A DNA stretch of 64,000 bases from Amoebophrya sp. A120 (lineage: Eukaryota; Protista; Dinoflagellata), in NCBI GenBank assembly GCA_905178155.1, contig CAJINV010000007.1:3081151-3145150 (forward strand), given 5' to 3'. Below are positions 40,201-50,200 of this stretch, piece after piece (the stretch's first letter is position 1; the number at the start of each line of letters is the position of its first letter). The notes under the pieces were generated by a model. It was given only the letters and a program-made list of their open reading frames with translations. It did not search any database and was not told the DNA's origin. The translations under genes and the position numbers were made by a program.

Positions 40201-43200
40201 GATTAAGCCGTACCTGTTGAAGAACTATGCAAGAAAAAAACTGTGTTAGTGTAAGTGTAACTTTGTAATGCAGAACATGCAACAGAGTTACAGTTACACC
40301 TGTCATGCCAGGCAACCATGAAATCCTCTTTTCATGTGTGTTTTAGCCACGCATGACAGGTTTTCGCTGTCATGCAGAGCAAATTTGTGATGCTGTCAGC
40401 CAAGAAAAGTTACACTAACACAGTTTTTTTTCTTGGATAAGAACCGAGATCATTTGACCACCACCGCACACGTGGACCATTTGGTGGGGAATATCCAACT
40501 GGTCGCCTGTACCCTGCTCGGGTGCCACGACGCGTTGGTGCAGCACCTCGATTTCGATTTGGTGGTGGTGGACGAAGCCAGTCAAGCCACGGAGCCCGCC
40601 ACGTGGTGCGCCTTGTTCAAGACGAAAAAGTTCGTTCTGTTCGGGGACACGAACCAGCTCCAGCCCTTGGTGAAGCACCCGAAGGCGAAGCAGTTCGGGC
40701 TGCAGGTGTCCTTGTATCGTATTTAAAAATGTCCCCATACCATAGTTGTAATGCAAATCTGCATGGTGAAAATGTTTCTCATGCGGAATTCCATGAGAAG
40801 CATTCTCTAGTCGTCTTTTGGAATTTGTCATGCTCCAAGCAGCGTGATACACTAGATCTGTGATGCTACTGAGCTAGCTCAAACAGCACTACGCTACGAG
40901 TCCAAATTTGTCATGCAAAACAGCCAGAGCTTGTGGATTTGTCTAGCTGATATCCCATCTTGACTAAGCAAAGCACTTCGTAAAGCAAAGCACTTCGTAA
41001 AAAGAAAGCGTAGCCATTGTAGCTCATGTAAAGACGCACAGCAGATACTTCAACACACTAGCAGCGTGCGGGGGGGACCATTGTGGTCCCCCCCACCCGC
41101 TGCGCCTCTAAATAAAACACGCCAGGGAGTTTTCTTTTTTTTTCCAGCAGAGGCTGGCTGTGGGAAGTAGGGCATTGCCGGGGATTTGAAATGCAAATTA
41201 TATGACGTTGGCACTGCGATTCTATTTCTATAGCTTATCTTGTGACGTTTACATTTTGATTTTCTTTGGCTTTTCTCACTCTTTGGACAGCTTTCGCGTC
41301 ACTTCATTGATTTTGCAAGTAATAGAAATCACCACGGAAAATGGAACGCGAACGCGGAGTCGGAAACATTGAAAACGACCCCAAGCTCAACGGAAGCGCA
41401 TGGAGGGTGGATGGGGGTTGCAAGATCTGCGCGTGCCGCTGCCGCTACAGTATGAGGAAGACTAGGGCGTGGAGAATGCGCACGCGGGTGAGGAGGGAGG
41501 AAACGGGACCGAAACGAGAGCAAGGGGCGCAAGACGAAAGTGGATCGAGAACCAACTTGCTGGAGCAGCGGACAAGAGCGGAAAGTAAGAATATCAAAAC
41601 AAGATGAAAAAGCCTTTGATCCGCGCAATTGCTGGAATGTGAATGGCGTGGACAGCGGAAGGGGTCTTTCGCATTCCAGGAAACGCCCACCGCCCCCAAT
41701 AGCTTCGTGATCCGAATGATGAAAAAAAGAAAAGAAAAGAAAAGAAAAGAAAAGAAAAGAAAAGAAAAGAAAAGAAAAGAAAAGAAAAGAAAAGAAAAGA
41801 AAAGAAAAGAAAAGAAAAGAAAAGAAAAGAAAAGAAAAGAAAAGAAAAGAAAAGAAAAGAAAAGAAAAGAAAAGAAAAGAAAAGAAAAAAAAAAAAAACG
41901 CGAAAACCGACCGGCGTTCGTTCGTTCGTCCGTAGTGCTTCGCTTGAAAAAACAAAAAGTATTCTAGTCGCAAAACCAAGCGCCGTAGTTTTCTTTACAA
42001 CCGTTTTACCAGCCGCAGGTTTGCATCTGCGGCTACTGCTATCCTGCAAACGCCCGGCGTATTTTTGAAAAAACATTATCTGCCTCGCTGCAACCGGGGT
42101 TAGGACGTGCCTCATTCAGGGCGGGCGGTAGCTAAATGCGGACCTGTGAGGGCTTAAGTTCTCTGAAGCGCGCACACAGTCACTAGCGTAACCACTACAA
42201 TAAATTTTTGACCGTTTTACGAACTTCGTCAAAAAGTCCGGGGCTGCTTCCTCCCGCAGTAAATAGAAGGGTTTAGGTGTTTAGGGTTTTCCGATTCAGA
42301 AAAAAAAAGTTCTTCGCCATCGTGGAAAAAACTGGATCGGACGTGTGCCGCTGCTACCGGCTCGACACGTAGAAAACGAATTTCGCGCGTTGTGCGGGAG
42401 TAGCTACCCCTCCCCTGCTTCGGGTTGTAGTTGCCACTGGCGTCATTGATTGCGGTCGACAATATCCTTTCCCGATGATTTCCTTCTTTGGGTTTGTGTA
42501 TGGTGAATAGGAGCTTGCTCCTTTTTGTGCCGCGGTGTCGGAGGTTTTGCAGCATTCACGCACAAACTGCATTTTTGGAAACGGAGGGGGGGTGCGGGAC
42601 CCCCATCAAGTCGTCGCGGCGCGAAGCCGCAAATCCCTGGGCCACGTTTACCACCAGAAGTATTCCGCCCGGTGGGGCGCTCCACTGAAACTGAACTGAA
42701 AATTTTAGAGGGGGCCGGGCAAAAAAAAAATAAAAAATATCCCATCTTGACTATGGGGTGGGGACGTTTTTACATAGGACACCTTGATGGAGCGACTTGC
42801 GAAACTCCACCCAGTGTGCGTCGCGGAGCTCACCTACCAGTACCGAATGAACGAGGACATCCAGAAATTGCCGAACAAACTGATCTACGACGGCAAGCTG
42901 AAGTGCGGGAACGCACAGGTGTCCACGCGGTCCATGCGGGAGTTTTACACCAACGAGCAAATTCAAGATTTGGCCACAAATGTTATCGCGAACGAGGAGA
43001 AAAACCCGAGACTTTTTTCTCTGTTCAAAGAGATCAAACTGTGGGAAAGAAAGGCACTGAATCCGGACACCGGGGTCACCTTTCTGGACACGGGGGACAC
43101 GTTCGCGGAGGATCCGGTGTCGAAGCAGGAGAACTTCGGAGAGGCAAACTTGTGCCGCTCTCTGGTCGAAAAGTTAGTCGCTCTGAACGTGCCGGGGAGG

Positions 43201-43539
43201 GACATCGGGGTGTTGTCCCCCTACAGGAGGCAGCTTGCTTTGGTGAAGGAGGTGTTTCAGAACGCGCACCTGACGGAAGAGGGCGTGGAAGTGTTGACCG
43301 TGGACGAGGCGCAGGGGAAGGACAAGAAGTGCATTTTGGTCAGTTTGGTGAAGTCCAACACGGACCGGTCCGTCGGGCAGCTACTGACCGACTGGCGCCG
43401 CATGAACGTCTTACTGACGCGGGCGCAGTGCAAGTTGATTCTGATCGGGTCGGTGCCGACGCTAAAGTGCGAACCTTTGATGGAAAAAATGATCAACGAG
43501 TGTCACGGACACGACTGGATCTGTCAGGTGGATTCTTGA
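34288..43539 (+). CDS. DNA2: Dna2 DNA replication helicase/nuclease (~1,386 aa)
   Basis: Nuclease domain: HPDILLTGTAVSNALSCRR, GNIVH, EQNVCSHRFGLKGKLDG...LEIKTG and Fe-S CxxC-x5-C (CRRCFRQSHC). SF1 helicase: GYPGTGKT, DEASQ, GDTNQLQP, QYRMN, TVDEAQG, RRMNVLLTRA. Removing 11 introners and GT-AG introns 35163-35326 and 39701-39857 gives a 4,161-nt frame. Confidence 0.93.
34457..34709. mobile_element. Introner, family A (253 nt), TSD GTCGA/GTCAA
   Basis: Family-A TIRs. Join AGPS|TGVAE. Confidence 0.93.
34809..35070. mobile_element. Introner, family A (262 nt), TSD AGGCC
   Basis: Family-A TIRs. Join AARP|PGTQD. Confidence 0.95.
35785..36038. mobile_element. Introner, family A (254 nt), TSD GGACG
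   Basis: Near-perfect TIR TATCAAATGTAAAAATGTCTGGGTCTGGAAGAT. Join FTD|VFIDN. Confidence 0.96.
36092..36396. mobile_element. Introner, family B (305 nt), TSD CGTCG
   Basis: Family-B TIRs; reverse orientation relative to 17399 and 38631. Join KNLV|DLWR. Confidence 0.95.
36480..36738. mobile_element. Introner, family A (259 nt), TSD CTGGG
   Basis: Family-A TIRs. Join ATDW|AQQYYLP. Confidence 0.95.
37070..37331. mobile_element. Introner, family A (262 nt), TSD AAGAC/AGGAC
   Basis: Family-A TIRs. Join YPHKD|QFTY. Sister of 308-568. Confidence 0.95.
38336..38589. mobile_element. Introner, family A (254 nt), TSD TCGGC
   Basis: Reverse-complement sister of 5007-5260. Join FTVG|EQVTIS. Confidence 0.95.
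38631..38935. mobile_element. Introner, family B (305 nt), TSD GGCCT
   Basis: Sister of 17399-17704. Join PEGP|YALF. Confidence 0.95.
39017..39296. mobile_element. Introner, family C (280 nt), TSD GGAAA
   Basis: Reverse relative of 17069-17347. Join PRME|IAAQL. Confidence 0.95.
40226..40439. mobile_element. Introner, singleton family E (214 nt), TSD AGAAC
   Basis: TIR TATGCAAGAAAAAAACTGTGTTAGTGTAA / TTACACTAACACAGTTTTTTTTCTTGGATA. Join LLKN|RDHL. Confidence 0.93.
41008..41028 (+). other. Relict dinoflagellate spliced-leader-like sequence
   Basis: GCGTAGCCATTGTAGCTCATG vs DinoSL CCGTAGCCATTTTGGCTCAAG: 17/21 identical, ungapped. Confidence 0.7.
41725..41898 (+). repeat. (AAAAG)32 microsatellite followed by A14
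   Basis: Perfect pentamer array at 41725-41884, then poly(A). Confidence 0.98.
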
Positions 43540-44222
43540 GAAGATCTGGTGGACATCTTCTAAACGAACGCTTTTTTCATTTTATCAACATCATTCATAC
43601 GTCGAAAAAATAAAGGTGCGTACTTAAGTGACCAATTCATTGGTCGGCCTAAAGTGCAGTTGCACAGGTTGACGCTCGATGGCGGCAGAACAAACGTGCT
43701 TCAAAGAATTCCAAGCTTCGCGCATGGTCGCGTGGTCATTGAATTTTCATTTGTGCATAATGGTCTGCGTCAGCGTCGTGCTGCGTCCGCGTCGCGACGT
43801 CAATATTGCGAACACCATATCCTGCGATAAGTACGTTCTTTGGTTGCTCAAAAATTGGATCAACTTCTTTTGTTTACGATTTTTTTCCTTTGACGTGAGT
43901 CGGAAACTTCAACTTTTGCACATTCTTCCTGACACAAGTTCCACTTTTGTTGTATGTTTCAGCTTTTGAAGTTTGTTTCACAGATCGATGACCTTTTGCC
44001 TTTTTGAGCCAGAGCTGAAGGAACGGCGGTACGTAAGTCGTGGACTGCGACTGACTGTGTAATCAAAATCTGTGTAATCAAAACGACAATCAAACAGCTC
44101 GTCATAAGTAGAACAGGTAGTTACTTTAGATTTTTTCAAGAGTATGAATAGAAGAAGTCTGAGCAACGGCTTCGTAAGATTTTTTCAAAGCCTCTCGATG
44201 GAAGACTGACATCCAAAGAAAG

Positions 44223-47200
44223 ATGTCAAGAACCACGTTTATTTGCGGCTGTAAAAGCTCTTCCGGTAACATGAAAACGCTTCCCCTGCTCGGGACGATG
44301 CCATTGCTTCTGCAGCTTCTCGTTTTGTTTCAGTGTCTGTGTACCAAAAATCATTTTCTTCTTGCACAGGGACGGGTACAGGCAACGGCGGAGAATGTTG
44401 CAGCTGCCCGTGATCATGGTCACGGTGGCGCAGCTGGCGGGACGCCCATCAATTCGTTTGCCAACCTATTTCCGGGGTTTGGAGTCGGGCAAGAGCCAGG
44501 ATATAATCAGCAGCAGCTTGTTTTTGGCGGGCCAGCTCCAGCACCGACTCTTGTCGGAAACGGACAAGCGTTTCCCTTTCAACAGCACCAGCTCAACCAA
44601 ATTCCGCTGCAGCAGCAAACACCTGTAGCTCCTGCTGCCGCAACAGACGCTGTCTTTCCGCTCCCGACTGTCGGCCCCTCCGCCACTGCCTTCGCTTCAA
44701 CATCGACGACACACGCGAGCGGTAGTTCATCCGCTCGAGGCCGTCGCCCGGACAGTCCGGCCGGGTTGCCACGCGCTTCTGTGTTTGGGGGGGTTACGTT
44801 TCCATCGTTTAGTACTGGTTTTCCACAACGAGTGCCACCTCCGGCGTGTGCAGCCTCGGAGACGCCGCTTAACTCGATGCAGATGAACTACGCCACCCCT
44901 ACTTCGCAGCCGCAGGGGGGTGCGCAACAAGTGTTGGGGGGCGGCATAACAGGTCCTAACCAGTTTGCAGGGCTCGGCACCGCACCTGGGAGTAGTAGTA
45001 GCACATCAGCGCTGTCTTTTGTACAAGCGGCGCAGCCAGTCGGTTCTTCGTCCGCCTCGGGGATCAATAATTTTCCGACCGGTACTAGTTCAACGGTATC
45101 TTCGGGTTTGACGCGCAAGCCCTCTTTCCACCGGTTCACGCAGCAGCGGCCGCCGCGGCTGACTTTCCTCAAGGACCGAGACACCCCGGAAGCATCCCGG
45201 ACGCCGAAGAACGTGGGAACTGGGCCGACGGGCGGAGGTGACGTATGGACAAACAATGCAGACAGTGCCAAGGTGGAAAACGACCCAGGAGGAGGTTTTG
45301 GAGGTGCCATGGGTGCTGCTGCCACGTCAGGACGCGAGCACGAGTTCAACGTGCAGAGATCTACCAGCAGGACGCGTTCGGTAATCCATTCGCCCCCTCC
45401 CGCTCCGCGGAACCGCGACCTCTGGCAGGGTCGGTCGAGCCGGAATTTAAGGTCTTTGTCGCCGGAGACGACGCGGCACGTGATGCGGCGCATGACCTCG
45501 GGAGGTGTGTCGCGACAGGGCCGACAACAGGACGTCGAACCACCGCAGTTTCAGCCGCAGAAGCTCCGGGGCTTCTGCTTCTCGCAGCGCTCTCGCACCT
45601 CGCACGGCGACAACTCCCCGGCGAATAGCGCACAGCAGTTTGGTGCGGTGCAGACTCCGGTGCGAGGCAGAGGGAGGGCTGGCAGCTGTTTCACCGGGCA
45701 GCTTCCAGGGCTGCACCACGCGCAGCCACCACAACAGCAGGGGCTCAGTGGAGGTGGTGTCCCCGCCCCACCGCTGTACACAGCAGCGGCAACAGCCTCG
45801 ACACCGGCGGGGGGGAGCAATACCATCTTCACGGGATCTGGCGCGGCGGCATTTGCCCAGGAGGACGAAGTCTCTCCCGAGCGGCTTGAAGAGGAGCAGC
45901 AGCGGAATTTTCGGATAAACGAACTCATGATCCGACGGCGCAGCTCGGAAGTTGTAGACAACCCTGGCAGCTCCGTGATTCGTGATCCTGGTGCTTCGGT
46001 GACGTCGCAGCAAGATCAGGACATGGACGCGCTTTCGCCCCGAACCCGCAGCCCCGTGAGCATGCGGCGCAACGGCCGCAGCGGCGTGGACGTGTCGAAG
46101 TTCTTCGGGCGGGAGGTCGCCCGGGGGGATAGTTCCGACGATGACGACGAGGACGAGGACGGAGCTGTTGCCGAACAACAGGATAATGAAAATGGTGCAT
46201 CTCGTCCCGCTCAGATAAAACGAACTTCTGCCACTATGGAGGACGTAGGGGCCCCCCCAGGAGGTTCTGCATCTGCCTCGTTCCCAGGAACAGCTTCTGC
46301 GTTCTTCACCAATGGTGCGCGTGATGGCGCAGTCATCGGACGACCCGAATCTGCGAACTTTCAACACCAGAGTGGTGATTCCAAAACGGCGCCATTGTTC
46401 CAGCACGATGCTTTTTTTCCCGGCAGTGCTACTAGTCCGTCGAACGCGGCGACGACCCCAACCCCAAGCCCTCCACCAATGTTACCAATCGGCCCTAAAC
46501 GGGAGCCACAGCTCGCTATACCAGCAGTCCCGAAGGGCCCGCCGGTGTCTTTCGCGCCTGGTGCAACTACAGGCGCTGGAGGAAGCGAGCACAGCATGCT
46601 GCCACCCGCGTTCTTTTCGGAAAGCGGGGGTGGTGAACGAGAGCAGGTGCTCGAACGCGAGGGACCCGGAAGTAGTAGTCCACGTCCTGCTCTCGAGGAA
46701 CCTGGTCTGGAGCAATATCCGATGCTGATGGAGTCTGACGGAGGGGGCATCACACCGAACGGACAGGAGGGGCAGCAGCAGCAGCAGAGGCGTGAACAGA
46801 GAAGTAGTTCTTGTCGTGCTGGTGCGCAGGAAGTGTCCGCTTCTTCCTCGGGGCCACGGAGAGTGCTTCAGTTTCAGGAGTTCATGCACGACCAGGCGAT
46901 GCAGGTTCAACGGCAACAAGAAGAGGCCCGGAAGCACCAGCAGGGCCTGGAAGTAGGTCAGACGAGTAATCGCAGCCGAGAGGAGCTTGCAACTTCCTCG
47001 GCGGCCAGTCGGGTGGACCAGAGTATCGGTTTTGTGCCAAGTGGGACGGTCACTTTCGTGCGGCAGCGGTCTTTGGATTCGGAGCAGTCGGAAGACGAGG
47101 AACATTATGTTGAAAATGGCAATCGGCCGTTCACGGCAACGCCGGGAGGTGGTTTCACCGGCGCAAAAAGAACATCTTCTTCACCCTCTTCCCTGGCCGC

Positions 47201-50200
47201 ACAGGCTCGTCGGTCCGCACTGATGAGAAACCGATCCGCCAGACTGCAGGGCCAGATCCAGATTCAAAACGTCCCGGTCGGGGCGGTCGAAAAGCTGCAC
47301 GACCCAAGTAATGGTACAACACTCGTAGACGTTGAAAATAGAATGCCCTCGGACATCAACATGAACATCGATCCGACTTCGCCGAAGCCGTCCACTGCAG
47401 CAGCTTCAATTTCTTCCCCCCGACGTCGACCCAGCATGCCGGCCGCGCCGTTCGGGTTTGTGCATATGCGGGGCCGCGCGAAGTCGCCGAGCATCCACCG
47501 GCGTGCTAGCGCCGTGGAGGAGACGCACAGCGAGCCCGGGTCGCCCCGGCCCGGGGTCCGCAAGACGGTGTCCTGGGCCGCCACGAACCGAGCGGCGAGC
47601 GAGTCCCCCGAGGGCTCCCCGCGGAACAGCGCCAGCCCCCGCAGCGGGTTGCCGCCCCGGCGGGCCTCGGACCCGGCGGCGGTGCGGACGTCATTCGAGA
47701 TGAACGGGCGGCTGTCGCGGGAAAGTCGGTTGGACAGTCCGGACTCGGAGAACAGTTTTTTCCGGGGAGAAGAGAAGGACGACATTGTGCTGCCACTCCC
47801 GCCCGCGGCCACCCGGGGGCGGCTGAACACCCACGTGATGCACCACTTGTCGTCGGCCGCCGCGCGCGGAAATCCGTTGGGGGGCCTGACCCGGGGCTCC
47901 TCGCTGGGCGCCAACCTCGCAGCAGCATCCTGTTCCTCGAGTGCCGACAACATGGACACCAGCAGCGTCGGGATGCGACGGAACTTCGGGTCGGGGTTTC
48001 TCCTCGGGCCGGATTCGACGACGGCAAGAGCGCGGTCGGCCAGTTCGTCCGCCTCCCGCAGTCTGGTGCCCTGCTTCTGGCGGGCGGAGGCGGAAGAGTT
48101 GGGAAATAATGCGACCACGACCTACCACAACAGTTACAGTTTCCCGCCCAATGCCACGCTGATGTCGCGCTCGCCAAGTTCCTCGCACCTCCCCATTCCC
48201 TCGCGTCGAGCCACGGTGGACAGCTTGCAACCGGAGGGGGATCATATTTTAGCTGCAAATTTAGACGCCCTGTCCAGCGCCGGGGTGTCGGCCTGGGGGA
48301 GGCAACAATCTGGTGTGTCTAACACAGGGCTGCGCGACCTCAGTTTGGACAGGAGCTTTCCCAGCTGCGCAGTCCCCTTCATGCACCAGCCGGGAGTGAA
48401 GACACCCTCGCCACTGCTGCAGCCGCAGCAAGAAACTGGTACTACGGGACGACAGGACGAAGGCAACAGCCTCCTGCTAAACGCGCCTATAATTATGCAG
48501 CCCCCACCCGCGAAGAGGCAGCGGACGGACCGGCGGAGCATGCAGCAGGTGGAGGAAGAGGTCGAGAGCGGACCGCTGGGTGTGATGCTGTTCGGGTTGC
48601 AGCTCGAACTCGGGTCGAACCCGGAGGCGACCTACCCCGTTGAGAAGAACAAAGAAACGAACAAACAAACACCCCTGACGGAACAGCAGAAAACCGAGCA
48701 AAAAGACCGGAACTTCAAGCAGAAAGTCTACCTCGTGAACAAGCTGCGCACCATCGTGCACGAACAGAAGCTGACCAACGCAGAAATCGACGACTTGGTG
48801 CGGATTGCCGCCAACGTCCTGCAACAGAAATTCGACATTTTGCAATTGAAAGTCGAGGAACTGGAACTCATCCCGGGGATCGGGTTCGCGCAGCCGCACC
48901 ATTTGAAGGGCCCGAATAAGAAAAATTTGACTTCGGAGCAGCAAATCAGGGTGAACACGTTGTTGCGCAAGCGGGAGGAGCTGGAGGAAACGCGGGTGCT
49001 CGGGAAAAAGATGGCGGAATACAAGTGGCGCGTTCCTCCAATTACAACAGCAGAGGAGCAGCATATTAATAGAGCTACATCTGGGCCGACCCTAACCACG
49101 GGCGGCCTCCGCCTTCCCTCCCCGCCTGGCCTTACTCAACATCTACTCCCAGGAGCATTAGGCTCTTCCTCCTCCTCGGATTCCGACGCAGCGACGCAGA
49201 AAGTGTTGCTGAAAAGGATCGACCAGCTGCTCTCGGAGTGGCGGACCTTGCCGCACATTTGCAACTACGTGGTGGACATGGTGGAATTTTTCCACGCCGA
49301 CATTGCCTTCACCTTCGTGTCCCGCATGTTCGCGCTCGACACGCTGTGGAAGCACTGCGTCGCCACCCGCTGGCTCTTCAAGAAAATCCCACTGCAGCTC
49401 CCGGTCGGCGCGGTCGTCCCCGTTGCTGGGACCGACGGAAGCGTCCTCTATCATATGTAGAAGCGTCCCCACGACCCCATAGTCAAGTTGGGAACTTAGC
49501 AACACAAATCCAGAAGTAAGTTTTGGGAGACACGTATGACAAATAAAATTCTTGCAGTCCGTAGTGTAGTAGTGCAGGTAAGCAACGGCAACTGCATCAC
49601 AAATCCGTCTGTCTATTCTGTTTGCAGCATTACAAATACCAAAACACGACTGGAAATGCCTCTCTTGGGCGTGCGCATTGCAAGTGTTCCTGTGATCGCA
49701 AATCTGCATGATTACTCTGGGGAGGTGGGGACATGTTTATACAGAATACCCTGGGCGCGTCGTTTTTTCCGAGCCGGAACGGCGACTCCTCCCACGATGT
49801 GCTGGATCACCCGCGGATTGTGGAGAAAACGTTGGAATGGTCGAAAGACATCACGCTCGGACGCAAGAACCCCTGGGCGCCATTGTCGGAACCCGAAAGA
49901 CGGGCCCTGACCCGGCTGAACGCACAGGTGCTGATGGAGATTGTGCGGCTGGACGGCAATAACTACAGCCACATGAACAAGATTAAAGCAGCGGCCGCGA
50001 CAGGAGCAGGCAGCTCCGGGGCTGCAGGCTCTGGCTCTCCTCTTCTCACCGTTGGCGACCACGTCTTGCGGCACTTCGCGACCCTAGACTCTTGCCGGGT
50101 GCCGATTTACAATTCTGGTGGTTTGTCTTCTCCTTCTCCTTCTCCACCCCCCGCATCGGGGGGCGAGAATTCGGGGCAGCAGATCATGGACTATGATTTG

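Larger units (their letters stand above)
40967..42736 (+). mobile_element. Non-autonomous retroposed insertion (1,770 nt) with 17-bp TSD ATATCCCATCTTGACTA and A-rich tail
   Basis: TSD copies at 40950-40966 and 42737-42753; 3' tail A10TA5-6; relict spliced-leader-like 21-mer at 41008-41028; no credible ORF. Confidence 0.85.
40715..42781. mobile_element. Introner, family C, expanded to 2,067 nt by a nested insertion; TSD CCTTG
   Basis: The left ~250 nt match 39017-39296. The right TIR (TGGGGTGGGGACGTTTTTACATAGGACA) is at 42754-42781. Join QVSL|MERLAK restores the Dna2 SLxERL motif. Confidence 0.93.

Noticed and set aside
41329-42115. ORFs rich in FFSFL or KKRKE
   Set aside because: Artefacts of the (AAAAG)n microsatellite.
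40967-42736. Autonomous transposase or reverse transcriptase for the introners inside the long copy
   Set aside because: No long ORF or DDE/RT motif; the extra sequence is a secondary insertion with its own TSD. No mobilising enzyme was seen anywhere in the window.
14660-43539. DNAH2 and DNA2 as transposon-disrupted pseudogenes
   Set aside because: Every interruption resolves in frame, catalytic motifs are intact and I saw no stops or frameshifts in the exons, which is unlikely for dead genes.
44055-44083. Short tandem duplication CTGTGTAATCAAAA x2 upstream of the giant gene
   Set aside because: Only two copies and no evidence of function.
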